NCBI RefSeq assembly: GCF_036321535.1
Contig: NC_087436.1
Span: 18,166,001 to 18,230,000 of the forward strand
DNA length: 64,000 nucleotides
Source: Camelus dromedarius
Lineage: Eukaryota
Direction: 5' to 3'
The stretch's first letter is position 1; every line of letters begins with the position of its first letter. The notes below the pieces were generated by a model. It saw only the letters and a list, made by a program, of their open reading frames with translations, did no database searches and had not been told where the DNA came from. The position numbers and the translations under genes are program-made. Positions 51,751-64,000 of this stretch are shown piece after piece.

Positions 51751-54315
51751 TAAATATTGATAGTCAAAGGGTCATCACAAGTGTTTAAATATTCAATTCA
51801 TATTTAATAAATTCATAAATATTCAATTCAAATTAAATTCAGTCAGGGTAAACTCTCAAAATTAGAATGTACTAAAATATATTTGATGTCTTTTATACTT
51901 TAGTGTCCTCATTCAACAGGGATTACTTGTATACCATAATTAATATACACAGGTTATCCATAAAATGAAAAGCTAATATTCTTAACTATTATTTTCATTA
52001 TTTACCAGTATATAAGACTTTCTGGAGGAAAAAGAAATCTCCAAAATCACAGTGGAAATTGATGAGAAAATATGACTTGACATATAAAAACTCAATACGT
52101 AAGTACAGAAAAATAAATCTCAAGGCTAAACATGATCTACTTTACTTCTGAGGGTGGCTTCAACCAAAACTAGGTGGAACCTTTCCCCAGCATGGGGCGA
52201 ACAGAGCTGTTGTGACGACACCCGCCCCATGCCCCTCACCCCTCGCACCTGGATTCATTCCCTTGTCATTTCACATTATAATTATCCTCCTGTCATTCTG
52301 CATTTCCTGTGTTTTAAATGGGGCTGCACAATAATAACCAACAACACCTTGCTTAGAGACTTTCAATGTCTTCTCTGCCCATTTGGTGTGACGGCTCTAA
52401 TGATGCTGTAACCATGGAAGACTTGAGCACCAAAAATTTAGGCCTCGTGTCTGAAGCTGAAAAGGGTGCAGCCTGCAGGGAATCCTCAAGAAAAAGCATG
52501 TCTGGGGACGGGGCACAGTAGCGGACAGACTAATGGCTCTGGGAATGAAACTGATGGGAAGGGCTAAAACTGGGAGGGGAGCAGGAAATGCTGCAGCAGG
52601 AGGAGAGTTGTGTTTGTTTTGCTAACTTATATAAGCCTGTTCAAAATACAACCTTTGATCCAAGCAGAAAATAGCCATGCCGCCCTAGTTTCCATCATGT
52701 GGCAGATATTATGACATCAATAAAATCTCCTTCGAGCCATAGCGATCTTTCCTCCTAATGTCACCCAGGACATAGAGGGTACTGAAAAGGAAGAGTGACT
52801 AGTATCAAGACAAACACTCCCAAACTCATTTCACAGACACTCTGACATCATTTCCATTCTGTTCAAATAAAGTCTGAGTTGCTTTACTTCATCACATCAA
52901 AAACTAGTTCTAATTACTGCACTGACTAGGGTACACTAGAATGAACCAAAACTTATGTTTTCCCTCCTCCCTGCTCAATTGCTGTTGGACTTGACATTGT
53001 AAATAAAACCCAACGCTGAACAATAAAAATGGAAGTGGCCTCTATAAAGCTCAATCTGTCTAGGAGCTGGTAAGAAAGTTCAGATATACGAAACAGTAGA
53101 AAGAAAACACTTTCCCACCAATGTTCACAAAGTCAACACAGCAGAAGGGATGGGGGGGGGCCAACAATGGCATTTTAAGGCTGATAGAAGTCAAAGGATA
53201 CAACTAGATCTATGATCTTCTCTAATGATCTGGTGCACGGGAAGGGGAGCACGCACTATGCAGTGCTGGACCCTAAAATGTGGTTAATACAGACCAGTAT
53301 ACTACTTAACTCATCTTAGAACTGTCATGCTGGATGGGAACACTAACCCCTCCAGGACAGAATCCTGCTTTAACAAGGACACTCAAGAACACTCAAGTCA
53401 TCCGTGGCCTCACTTTTCCTACCTAAGTCTTGGAAGTACATCGTAATGAACGTCTCCTTGCCTTCAAATGACTGAGTGAAACTGTTGTAGACAATGAAAC
53501 ATTCAAGAGTTCCACCTCCGAGTAAAGGAGCAAGACCTCCAGAACACGACTTCACTCACTACTGCTCCAAAGGGAGGATTACCGTTTTGTCCAGCGTTTT
53601 GTTTTTGCATCTGGTCTTTAGCGTTAGCATCCCCGTAATTACTGACTTGCAGATACCAGGGTGACCAGATGCTCAAATTTACTACCACAAAGAAGGACAG
53701 CCTGTCTTGCCTAGCTGCATTATCTAAGACTGGTTTTGTACAAGCGGCCCACTCCTTGATTGCTGAAGAAAAGTGAACAGGCCTGTTTCTTCACAACCTA
53801 CTCAGATACTCGGCCAGAACCTCAGAGAGTTCTACTGGCTTCTCTAACTACAAGCTTCAGTGCGCACATGGAAAGACCAGCACCCGGCAGAGCAGCCTGT
53901 GAGCAGCAAGGCTGAGAAGGGTCAGGATCAGATCCCAAACCAAATTCATACCTATCCAGCCAAAGAGAACCCGGCCCTCCCTACACATCTTTCCATATGC
54001 TGGTCTACTTCAACGAAAATGGCCAAGGAACTGCTTTATGAGGCACAAACAGGTAAAATCTACAGAAAGAGAAAGAGCCCAAAGCAAGATAAAAATTAAA
54101 GTTGATACATTTTTAGGCCAGATATTTATTCTTATCTTTCTCGAAACACAGGCCAGAAGAGTTATGTCATATTATTTTATACATGAGTTTTCATGAACTG
54201 GAAAAGTATACACACACACACTTAATTCCTTCCTTACATTAATTTAAATAATAAAGATAGGTTAGGAAACTCAAAGTTTGACTTTAAAATTGAACTTTTA
54301 AAATTGCTAACGTAA

Positions 54316-54534
54316 ATTGGGAGTTCAAGATTTGTAGATACTCATATATATAAAATAAACAAGTTCATACAGTACAGCACAGGGAACTATATTCACTATC
54401 TTGTAGTAACTTATAATAAAAAAGAATACGAAAATGAATATATGTATGTTCACGTATGACTGAAGCATTATGCTGTACCAGAAACTGAAAACACTATAAA
54501 CTGATTATACTTCAATAAAAACACATATTTAAAA
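54316..54534 (+). mobile_element. Short L1 3'UTR tail with degenerate TSD
   Basis: ATTGGGAGTTCAAGATTTGTAGATACT...CACAGGGAACTATATTCACTATCTTGTAGTAAC; TSD AAATTGCTAACGTAA / AATTTGCTAATGTAA at 54301-54315 and 54535-54549 (13/15). Confidence 0.9.
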
Positions 54535-57175
54535 AATTTGCTAATGTAACTGGGTATCTTTCTTTAAAAAAGAAAAAAGGCAAAGCCATGCAAAGGGCAT
54601 TCCTCTTTGCTGGCTATGCAGTAGTAGGTGGTAAATGATTACTGTGAGAAAACAGTCTAGAGTCCTTGATCAGAGAATCCTCCCTAAGTCTTACATTAGG
54701 GAAAAAAGGGGAAGAGGTTTAAGAAATTAACCCTGCCAACTGCCCATTAAGGAAAGAAAGCTAATTGTATTTCACAGCAGTGGGAGGTGCACTGAGAGAC
54801 GGGTTATAATTGCCAAGTGGAAGGAAAGGTTCCTAAAGTCCCACTTACCCCAATTCTTGGCTCTGCTGCAAGTTAAAGCAATGTCGTGCGGCGTAGGGGG
54901 CAAGATGTCCCAGTTCCTCTCATCCCATTTTGCCCTCATCAAACAAAACAAACCATAATGGGAAACACAGTAAAGCTAAATAACATGCAGACTAATGACA
55001 GTCAGTGGCTGGATAAGAATAATTCCCTTGGGTAATGTAATTTCTTTATTTGAAATCATGTCCAGGAAAGGGAAATGTGACTCCCACCCCCAGTCCCAAA
55101 AGTTCAAATAAATCAAAAGTACACATAGATATACATCCCCCCCAAAACACTGAGAGGAAAGTCGACTCCTGAACTATAAACTAAACTGTCCCTTTAAGGC
55201 ATGAAAAGAGGTAATGAAATTGCCATGCCATTATAAAGCAGATTTTATTTTCTGTTGTCTGAAGATACAAAAATTTAAGCATAATGCTTGCCCCAAGAGC
55301 TACAGAATGGCTCAGATGAGCCAAAAGTGTATGCTAGGAAAAGCTAATGAGGGAATCAGCTGTGTTCTAATCACATGACATAAAACAGAGACCTCATTAT
55401 AACGGTACAGCAGCAGCTAACAGGCATTAGGTTACAACTCCGGGAACCACCTCTACTACTTACAAAGGTCAATGGAAGTCTGTAGCAATTCAATTATAAA
55501 GTGAATAAGACCAGTTCAGCTGCAATGTCAATAGAAGTCAAAGCCAATTGCTTTACTCTGCGAAGAAGCCGAGGGCAGGCTTTTATCGTCATCACAGTCC
55601 TGAGGTATTATTTACAGACTGAGATTTCTGCCTGTATAAACAAACAAAAAATGTAACAACCACGGACTGTTATCCTTAGGAACCAAGAAGTAATCAGACA
55701 CTGAATCAAGCTGTCTTCCATAAACTTCTGAGGAAGACCTGACACTTGGACAGCTCAGGAAATTTAGAGCAATGTGCTCCGAACACACTCCAGTCCAGCT
55801 GAGACTCGGAGGGCTGGTAGACTCCTAGCTATTTACCTGTCCTCCTCTTCCCCCAAACCCCATTCTTTTCACCCAAACAATGTAAATCATTATTAATTGC
55901 CAGACTAAGACTGCGGCTAGCAACCAATAAGTCTACTTATTAAGCTGGACAAAAATAAGACAAAGTTACATTTTCTTTGAAAGAATACCACATACAACAA
56001 TGTATTTGAAGCTCTCTATTTTACACATCAGCTTCTCAAGAAAATATAAGCTAAAGTTCTTCAGTATTTCCTAAACATCGGGTGGTTTATAGCCATCAAT
56101 TCAGTTGTTCTTGGCAAAAGCCATGTGAAAATTTATTGACCCAAACTCATGAGGTTTCTACGGGAATTTGCTGAGATCATAAAAGACCGTAAGAAGAGGA
56201 CAGGGATTTAAACCCAGGTTAGTTTAAATCCAGAATTAACCACAAACAATTCTACCACTCACTAAAACTCTGTGCTGCCTAAGTATTTCCAGTGACAGTG
56301 ATCCCCAAAATGCTAGGACAATGTGACCAAGAGCAGTCCAGGTAGAAGGTGAAAGATACAGGAAACCTAACAGGAAAACTCTAAGCACCATTCTCAACAT
56401 GGTGCCTAGGAAGTTTTCTTCAGCTCATGCTAGCGGGATGCCATATGCTTTTTTCTAGGGCTCTGCTTCATTCTTTCTACTTCAAAATCTTACACCCAAC
56501 ACACCAAATAGCAAGCACAGATTGCATCAGTATTAGGCTGAAACTTTTGTAACTGAAACACATATATATGAGTCTATGATGTATGTATGTATATGTGTAT
56601 TTATGTGTGTATGTAACAAGTAATACACTACAGGAAAAAGAACTACAGATATGTACAAAGAAGAAAATCACCAAACTCTCACCTCTTAAGGATAAACACT
56701 GTCATAACTGGTTAATATTCTTCCAGACTTATTTCTACACTTACACATGTATTTATACAGCTTTTCCTTTAGAAGTGAGGTTATTCTGAAATCCTGTTTT
56801 GTAACTTGCTTTATTCATTCAAAAGCATATCATGGGTATTATATCTGTGGAAACATTTTTATTACCATTGAAAGGCTGGAAGCCTGTGTGTGGTTAGTAA
56901 GGGACCTGCATCGTCTGCTTGCATTTGGCTGTAGAATACAAGGCCTCTTAGGAGTATGCCCACACAACAGAACTCAGAATACTACACAGCAGTGAAAAAG
57001 GGAGAGGGTATTCTCTTTGTATTGGCATAAAAAGCAACACAAGATATACCTAAAGTTTTTCTTTTTAAGTAAGTTACACAACTAGCTTTTGGGTACATGG
57101 TGGGTAAATACAAATCTATATTCATATATGCTTATATATACATGAAGAACTCCAAAAGAAAAAATAAGAAACTTC

Positions 57176-57252
57176 AGGTTGAACCACGTGAAACTGCTGC
57201 CATTCAATCATTTTGGACATACACAAACAGCAGGTTTCATATGGTCCGACCC
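57176..57252. mobile_element. MADE2-like Tc1/Mariner MITE
   Basis: ~80-bp palindromic element, AGGTTGAACCACGTGAAACT...GTTTCATATGGTCCGACCC, resembling the MADE2 TIR AGGTTGAACCATATGAAATT as I recall it. Confidence 0.75.
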
Positions 57253-58179
57253 AACTAATTCAGTGGTTCGCAATCCATTCGGAATTTCAGCTTGGAAAGA
57301 ACTTAAGAAACTACAGGTTGAAATGACATGAAACTCCTTTTGCTTTACTATGTTGGAAGCACTAGATGAAAAAAAAAAAACTGAAATTGCCACTACTAGA
57401 TAACTTTGGAACTAAGGGTGCCACCTCTTACATGGCTCATGGTTACAGAGCTGCAAGCACCATAGGGAGCAGGGAATGAGTGGATAGGACTGAATGGCAA
57501 TTTTTCACTTTGTATCATTTTACATCTTTTGGTGTTTCAAGCTAAGGAACTTACTGCCTTTTTTTTTTTTTTAATTTTTTTAAGAATGAACAGACAAAAG
57601 AAAAATAACAGCAAAAATTGAGTATATTCAGGCAGCATCAAATTCCTGACTGTATTCAGTTCACGCATTTCTAACAACTTATCAAGGCATCAGGTCCCTG
57701 AGATATCTGCGTTGCAGCTAACTTTAAAGCCAGATATTTGTTCATTTAGATCAATGGTTGCACAAATCATAAAATAAATATAACACTAAAATAAAATGAT
57801 TGTTTCCCCTCCCCTTTGCTCATAAAAATGAGCATTCCCCTTTCTCCAGGAGGGCCCATTTTTGTTGCAGTGGATCATGATAAAAATTACCCTAAGAGTG
57901 TTGCCTACAGTTAACATAACCAAACAAACCCAGATGTCCTGGGTTTAAACCATACTCATCTCTGGCTCTTTCTTTTCCTTCATTAAAATCGTAACCCTGA
58001 TTCCTTTACAATAAAACTAGCCACGGTCTTTAATGGAAAAACGAAGAATCATTCTTAACATTTAAAAAGAATGAATCAATATATTGCTTGAAAGGCACAT
58101 GGTATCTCTGAAGACTGGCCGTGGAAAACTCCAGGGAAGACGACCATCTGCTGAGCACTTGTGTTCGCACTTGAGCAGA

Positions 58180-58385
58180 GTGGGAAGCCAAGACTCTGGG
58201 ACCAGACTGGGCAATCCCGGCTGTGGCACTGACAAGCTGGGAGATACAGGTAAGCTACTGACCTTCTCTGAGCCCAGTTTCCTGAACTATAAAATATGGG
58301 TATTACTGTTACCTATAGGACTGTTAGAAGGATTAGCTAAGTTTGACAGATACTGCTAAAACCAGTAGCTGGCACATGGTATGGT
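58180..58385. mobile_element. MIR SINE
   Basis: CCCGGCTGTGGCACTGACAAGCTGGGAGATACAGGTAAGCTACTGACCTTCTCTGAGCCCAGTTTCCTGAACTATAAAATATGGG. Confidence 0.8.
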
Positions 58386-58807
58386 ATATGTAACTGTATA
58401 CTTTTATGACCCTCCAAATTTTGCATCCTGTTCTCATATTCACTATTACAAGTTTTTTAAAAAAGGATCCACCTTTAAAAGTAACTAAGATAATAAACAG
58501 AGCCTTAAGGAATCACTATTTCTGTTCTGATCCAAAGGGAAAAATAAGACCATGATTATAATCACATTTCAAGCTAAAAAATATCACGTTGCTGAGTTGA
58601 GAGAACAAATATTAGTCCATGCAAAATGTCAGCCGAATAATTCACTGTAATAAGCTTGAAGATTTCTTTTTCCATCCAAGGATGACATTGGATCCCTCTA
58701 AATACTGCTCAGAAGACACGCAGGGATGCCATGGGAAGTTGAATGAGCATTCAGAAGGAGCCGGGCTGCAGAGCTGCAACCCAGAGTTCATAAAAGGCAA
58801 CGAGGTG

Positions 58808-58902
58808 GGTGAGAGGAGGGTGTAGCTCAGTGGTAGAGCACATGCTTAGCCTGCACAAGGTCCTGGGTTCAATCTCCAGTACCTCCATCAAAATAAAATA
58901 AA
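58808..58902 (+). mobile_element. Vic-1-type SINE without the 3' tail
   Basis: GGAGGGTGTAGCTCAGTGGTAGAGCACATGCTTAGCCTGCACAAGGTCCTGGGTTCAATCTCCAGTACCTCCA, then (AAAAT)n. TSD ATAAAAGGCAA(C/T)GAG at 58790-58804 and 58903-58917. Confidence 0.92.
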
Positions 58903-60679
58903 ATAAAAGGCAATGAGTGACAACTTGTAACACACAGTTGACTCAATCTCACATCATTTCCTTTTTCCTCAACAGCTGGTAAGGATTCAGTAAATAAAAT
59001 AAACTGGCCACAGTTTGCTTATATTAATGGTAGACAACACTTTAATCTCCTGGTAATTTTTACCATGGTCCACAAGAGTTTTCTGAGTAACAGAAGTTGT
59101 TTGGAATTGGCTGCACTGAGATAATACCTTCCCTTTCAAGATTTCTGTTCATCTTCCTGGCTACCAAAGAAAACGTTTCCCATCAGTCACTCTTGACAGC
59201 CTTAAAAATTCTACTTCATTCAGGATAAACAATACTTTGGTTGGTTTGAAAAAATGTTTCTTAGACAGTCCAGCTACCTCCTACGCGGCAAGAGTTTCAA
59301 AGAAGGGCTACAAAGAAAGTTGACAGCTGCTTGAATTCAGAACCAGAAATTAAAATAGGACCTATTAGAAGTGAAGGAAAAACCCACACCACAGGGAGAC
59401 GAGCTTTAAAGAATTTTTCTCTCGTCTATAAATTCTAGTTACCTGCCATGAACTTATTTTCACCACAGAAGCAGCTATGTAATTTTTTTAAGACATTAAC
59501 TAAGCTTTTTTTTTCCCCTCCAGAGAAAGGGGGAAATGTTCATCCCACACAGAAGCACAGTTGAGATTATAGAGGAAGTTCATCTAAGAAGTTGCCGTGT
59601 GCTTTGTCACTGACATTAGAGGGGCTGAGTTTCGGGGAGGCGCCTGGGGCAACGCCAGAGCAGGGGAGGCAACGTGTATGATTTATGGGCACACCACAAC
59701 TGCATCACAGCCCCGCCATTTCTGGCAGCCTTTTCCAACCCATTGATCTCATCATTGTAAAAGCGAGTTCAGAAATAATCTGTCTACATGCACCATTCCT
59801 GATCCAAGCCTGGTCTTAGATTTAACTTCACAACACAGCAATTCCACGCCAAGGAATCATGACTTTACTCTGAAGAGGGGGCAGGAGACCTCGACACTCG
59901 GGAAGTTATCATCCAGAGCCCACCCATGGGGTGTCATGCAAAAAAATTGGTAAGAATCCAGAGAAGACTGCCAAGCATAAGACAAAGATCTGCTTGTGGC
60001 CAGATACATGTGTGGATTATAATTCTGTGCAAGCTGATCAGACAGATATACATATAAGGGAAGGTCAAGAGCTGGAGGAGGTCACTAAGAATCCACGTCC
60101 ACAATGGTTTTACACACATTTCTTCTCACAAATACGTGTCCTGATACAATTTAAGAGAGGATGGGGTAGTTACAACTCACTTACAAAAGCATGTTTTCAG
60201 GAAGGTGATTTCTAAAGTAACTCTCTAGGGAACAGAGATGAGCAAGAACACAGCCGGCCGCCAGGACGGTCAGCTACTGGCCCCTGACTGCTGATGACAC
60301 AAACATCTTTCAGTGCGGTGGCCTCCTCCTATCCTTTACATACGCCTATGAATGAACGTGGATATATGTCTCTGAACTCTACACTGTTCACAACTAGGAG
60401 ACTATTTTTTCTCTAAGGAGACATAACATTTTTAGTCATTATTTAATATTTCTCTGTCCACTGACTTTTCATATACACTATTTATATGAAACCTATTTTA
60501 TAGAACAGTTATATGCAACAATATGCATTGAAGATACTAATAAAACAAGACATTTTCTTCTATTTGGTGGAAAGATGGTCTACATATTTGTTTTTAAAAA
60601 CCCCTCAGGGCACAACTAAGACATAAAACAAGGGCAGATTTACCAATGAGCCTAAAGTGCGCCTGACGACCTCTGTTTT

Positions 60680-60870
60680 GATTACCTGCCTTCATCCTCC
60701 ACACTGGGTCAGTAAAGAAGTCCCAACAACTTGCTTTGATATCTCTACCAGATATCCATTTTATTTTCAAATCCTAGTGCTGATTCAAGCCTACATCAAC
60801 CAAAGCTTAGATTACTCAACCAGCCTTTTACCAGGGTCTGCTTGGTTCCTACAGACAGATCTGTCCTACT
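60680..60870 (+). mobile_element. L2 fragment
   Basis: ATCTCTACCAGATATCCATTTTATTTTCAAATCC...TTCAAGCCTACATCAACC...GATTACTCAACCAGCCTTTTACCAGG. Confidence 0.55.
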
Positions 60871-61441
60871 CTGATGCTAGAGACTGGTCCCTATCAGGAT
60901 AGGGTTTCTCCTTTAAGATAGAAGGAAAATGGTCAGGCTTCACCATTAAACCATCTTCCTGTCAACAGTTGTATTTTTGCTTTTTTGTTTACAAGGCTCT
61001 GCATCTTCGTCGTGATATCTACCGCACTGTAGGACCACAATAATACATGTTCAACAAATGTGCTGCAGTTAGCACATCCGGGATCCAAGTGGGAACGTGC
61101 CAACCTAACGATACCCAAGTAAGAACTATTCTAAAATAATATTAAATCCTGCCAATTGGCTTGCAAGATGATTTTGTTTTCAACTCGTTATAAGTCATAT
61201 TTTTTTGTTGTCTAAATAAACAAACTGCCAAATCATGTACAGAAGAAGATCGGCACAGAATACCTAATTACCCAAGAAGATACAAATAAAAACTAGTCCT
61301 GTGACTGTCTACTTCGGTTTAAAATTAGAGCTAGCATCAAGGAAGAGAGAGCTTAGTCAAAACTCAGATGATAATCTTCTCACTCCCCAAACTTTCTTTA
61401 AAATTTTTTTTCCTGCCTTGAATGAAAAAAATAGCAAAGAA

Positions 61442-61597
61442 CAGGGAACTATATTCAATATCTTGTAGTAACTTGGGAGTGAAAAAGAATATGAAAACAA
61501 ATATATGTATGTTCATGTATGACTGAAGCATTGTGCTGTACACCAGAAATTGACAATACTGTAAACTGACTATACTTCAATAAAAAATTAAATGTAC
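61442..61597 (+). mobile_element. Short L1 3'UTR tail with perfect 17-bp TSD
   Basis: CAGGGAACTATATTCAATATCTTGTAGTAAC...CTTCAATAAAAAA; TSD AAAAAAATAGCAAAGAA at 61425-61441 and 61598-61614. Confidence 0.95.
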
Positions 61598-62516
61598 AAA
61601 AAAATAGCAAAGAATATACCTCATATAGCCTCATGGACTTTCCTTGTATATGGGAGCATTACAATAAACACAACAGTCCCTCTTTATATAAAAAGGGTCC
61701 GGGGCCAGCCCCATCTACCAGACACTGCAGCCACAGCCACGTTCCCACCACAGAAAGAGAGCACATGCAGCCCACATAGGGACACTCCCTGAGTGCCTGG
61801 CTCTGGTGGCCAGGCATGAGTGCACTTCTCAGCCCTACAGGGCATCTCCGCTTCTTCCATGATGAGAAAGACAGCTGATTTACCGAATGCATAGAAACAA
61901 ACACAGAATAAGGCACAAAACGAGGAGACAGAGGAACACATTCCAGTCGAAAGAACAAGACTAAAACCTCAGAAAAAGAACTAAAAGAAACGAAGATAAG
62001 CAATCTACCTGATAGGGAGTTCAAGATAATGGTCCTAAAGATACTCAGTGAACTTGGGAGAAGAGTCGATGAACATCATGAGAACTTTAACAGAAAGATG
62101 GCATATGTAAGAAAGTACCAAACAGAAGTTATAACTGAACTGAAAAATATACTGAAGGGGTTCAACAGCAGACTATATGAGGCAAAAGAACAATCGGCAA
62201 GCTGGAAGACAAAACAATAGAATTCACCCAGGCAGAGCAGCAAAAAAAAAAAAAAAAAAAAAAAGTGAAGATATCTTAAGGGACCTCTGGGTAACATCAA
62301 GCAGAATAATATTCATAATAGGGGTCCCAGGAGGAAAAGAAGGAGATAAAGGGCCAGAAAACTTATTTGAAGAAATAGTGGCTGAAAATGTCCCTAATCT
62401 GGGAAGGAAGCAGACATCCAGGTTGGAAGCCCAAAAAATTCCAAACAAGATGAAACCAAAGAGACACACACCAAAACACATTATAATTAAAATGGTAAAA
62501 GTTAAGAATAAAGAGA

Positions 62517-63117
62517 TTACATGTGTGTATCAGTGAAGAATAGAAACCAATGTAGTCCTCTCTCATTCCCTGAGTGGAAGCCTCTTCTTTTCCTTTTCTT
62601 TTCTTTTTTTTTTTTTTTTTTTTTTTGATTTTATTGAAGTATACTCAGTTATAATGTATTGATTTCTGGTATACAGTACAATGTCCCAGTCATATATATA
62701 TACACATATAGTTCATTTTCATACTTTTTCATTAAAGGTTATTACAAAATATTGAATATAGTTTCCTGTGCTGTACAGAAGAAACCTGTTTTAGCTGTTA
62801 TAGACTGAATATAAATGGAATCAGATCATATATGTGACCCCACAGCCTATTTTTTCACTGGATAATATTTCTTGGCAACCATCTTAGGTTAGCACATGGA
62901 ACTAACTTATAGTATTGATGAGTGGGAAGTCTCAATTTTACCATGCCAGCCCAGACAGCATCTAGGTCTTTTAACAAAACTATTTGGAATTCTATGAGTT
63001 TGAACCTTATTCTAAAGGTAAAAACCACATGTTTGCTGTAAAGATTTTTCTGTATAAACAGTGATAACACACAAATATCTGCATGGAATAAAATAGTAGC
63101 AAACCATGGGGAAAAAA
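62517..63117 (+). pseudogene. Unidentified retroposed polyadenylated RNA fragment (processed 3'UTR piece or orphan 3' transduction) inside L1 ORF1
   Basis: 13-bp TSD AAGAATAAAGAGA at 62504-62516 and 63118-63130; AATAAA at 63087-63092, 19 nt before an A run at 63112. Removing it restores the ORF1 frame. Confidence 0.75.
62591..62790 (-). mobile_element. Short L1 3'UTR tail nested in the retroposed fragment
   Basis: Long poly(T), then TTTATTGAAGTATACTCAG...GAATATAGTTTCCTGTGCTGTACAGAAGAAAC; no TSD recognised. Confidence 0.85.
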
Positions 63118-64000
63118 AAGAATAAAGAGAGAATCCTAAAAACAGCAAAAGAAAAACAACTTGTTGCATACAAGAAAAATCCCATAAGGCTATCAGCTAA
63201 TTTTTCAGCAGAAAAACTTCCAACCAAGAATTCTCTACCCACAAAGTTACCATTCAGAGTTGAAGGAGAGATTAAGAGTTTCCCAGATAAGCTAAAGCTA
63301 AAGGAGTTCATCACCACTAAACCAGCCCTACAAGAAATGCTACAGTGATTTCTTTCAGCTGAAAAAAATGACACTAATTAATAATAAGAAAACACAAAAG
63401 TAAAAATGCCACTGGAAAAGATAAATATATAAGAAAGGTAATGGATCAACCTCTAACAATACAAACATGATGGTTAAAAGACAAAAATAATAAAATTAAC
63501 TAAAATTAAAATAACTAGTTAAGAGATGCACGAAGTCTAAAGATGTCAAATATATCACCAAAAGCATAAAATGTGATGAGAGGAGTAAAAAGAAATCTGA
63601 ACACATTCCAAAGCTTTAAGTTGCTACCAACTTAAAACAGGGTACTATTTACATAAGATGTTATATGTAAGCCTCACTGTAACCACAAGAAAAAAAGTCT
63701 TACAGTAAACACACAAAAGAAAATGAGGAAGGAATCTAAACATAACACTAAAGAAAACTACGAAGACACAAAGGAAGAGAAAGGAACAGAGAAGAACTAC
63801 AAAAACAGCCAGAGAATAACTAACATACTGGAAATAAGTGTATACTTATCAATAATTACTTTAAATATAAATGGACCAAATTTGCCAATTAAAACACAGG
63901 GTGGCTGAATACATTTAAAAAAAATAATCCTACCTATGCTGCCCAAGAGAGCCTCACAAGAGACTCACTTCAGAAGAAAGAGCACACACAGACTGAAAGT

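Larger units (their letters stand above)
61700..64000 (+). mobile_element. L1 (5'UTR remnant, ORF1, start of ORF2), running off the window end
   Basis: ORF1 start decayed to ACG-AGG-AGA-CAG-AGG-AAC; fragments MVLKILSELGRRVDEHHENFN, PENLFEEIVAENVPNLG and ERILKTAKEK...PFRVEGEIKSFPDKLKLKEFITTKPALQEMLQ; ORF2 EN start YLSIITLNINGPNLPIK. 5' boundary approximate. Confidence 0.93.

Noticed and set aside
53503-53688. Minus-strand ORF as a cryptic ARHGAP10 exon
   Set aside because: It has a donor-like GTAAT but no polypyrimidine tract before the candidate AG and no protein similarity.
27274-58902. tRNA-Ala(AGC) genes at 27274, 38380 and 58808
   Set aside because: The cloverleaves have broken stems (for example anticodon stem CATGC/GCACA at 58808), and the copies carry A-rich tails and TSDs. 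They are SINEs, not functional tRNAs.
44134-64000. Next upstream ARHGAP10 exon
   Set aside because: No exon with recognisable GRAF2 sequence and compatible phase was found; it probably lies beyond 64000.

Overview
Mammalian genomic DNA, most likely a camelid (three tRNA-Ala-derived Vic-1-type SINEs plus cetartiodactyl-type L1 tails); the species cannot be fixed from the sequence. Two genes converge tail to tail. NR3C2 (mineralocorticoid receptor, + strand) contributes the end of its last intron, its last coding exon (10531-10686) and a ~2.5 kb 3'UTR broken by three N gaps. ARHGAP10/GRAF2 (- strand) contributes its last four coding exons (43974-44133, 27703-27855, 26333-26424, 19620-19708), which splice in frame to the Ser/Pro-rich region and SH3 domain, plus a ~0.65 kb 3'UTR. 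The rest is intronic or intergenic DNA rich in L1, L2, MIR, LTR and DNA-transposon relics; repeat family names and boundaries are by-eye estimates. I found no new multi-gene system. The best leads are a Pro->Thr change in the MR C-terminal KPLYFHRK motif, a miR-135-mimic segment in the NR3C2 3'UTR complementary to its own miR-135 sites, an unidentified TSD-flanked polyadenylated retro-insertion nested in an L1, and an in-frame tandem acceptor before the ARHGAP10 SH3 exon.
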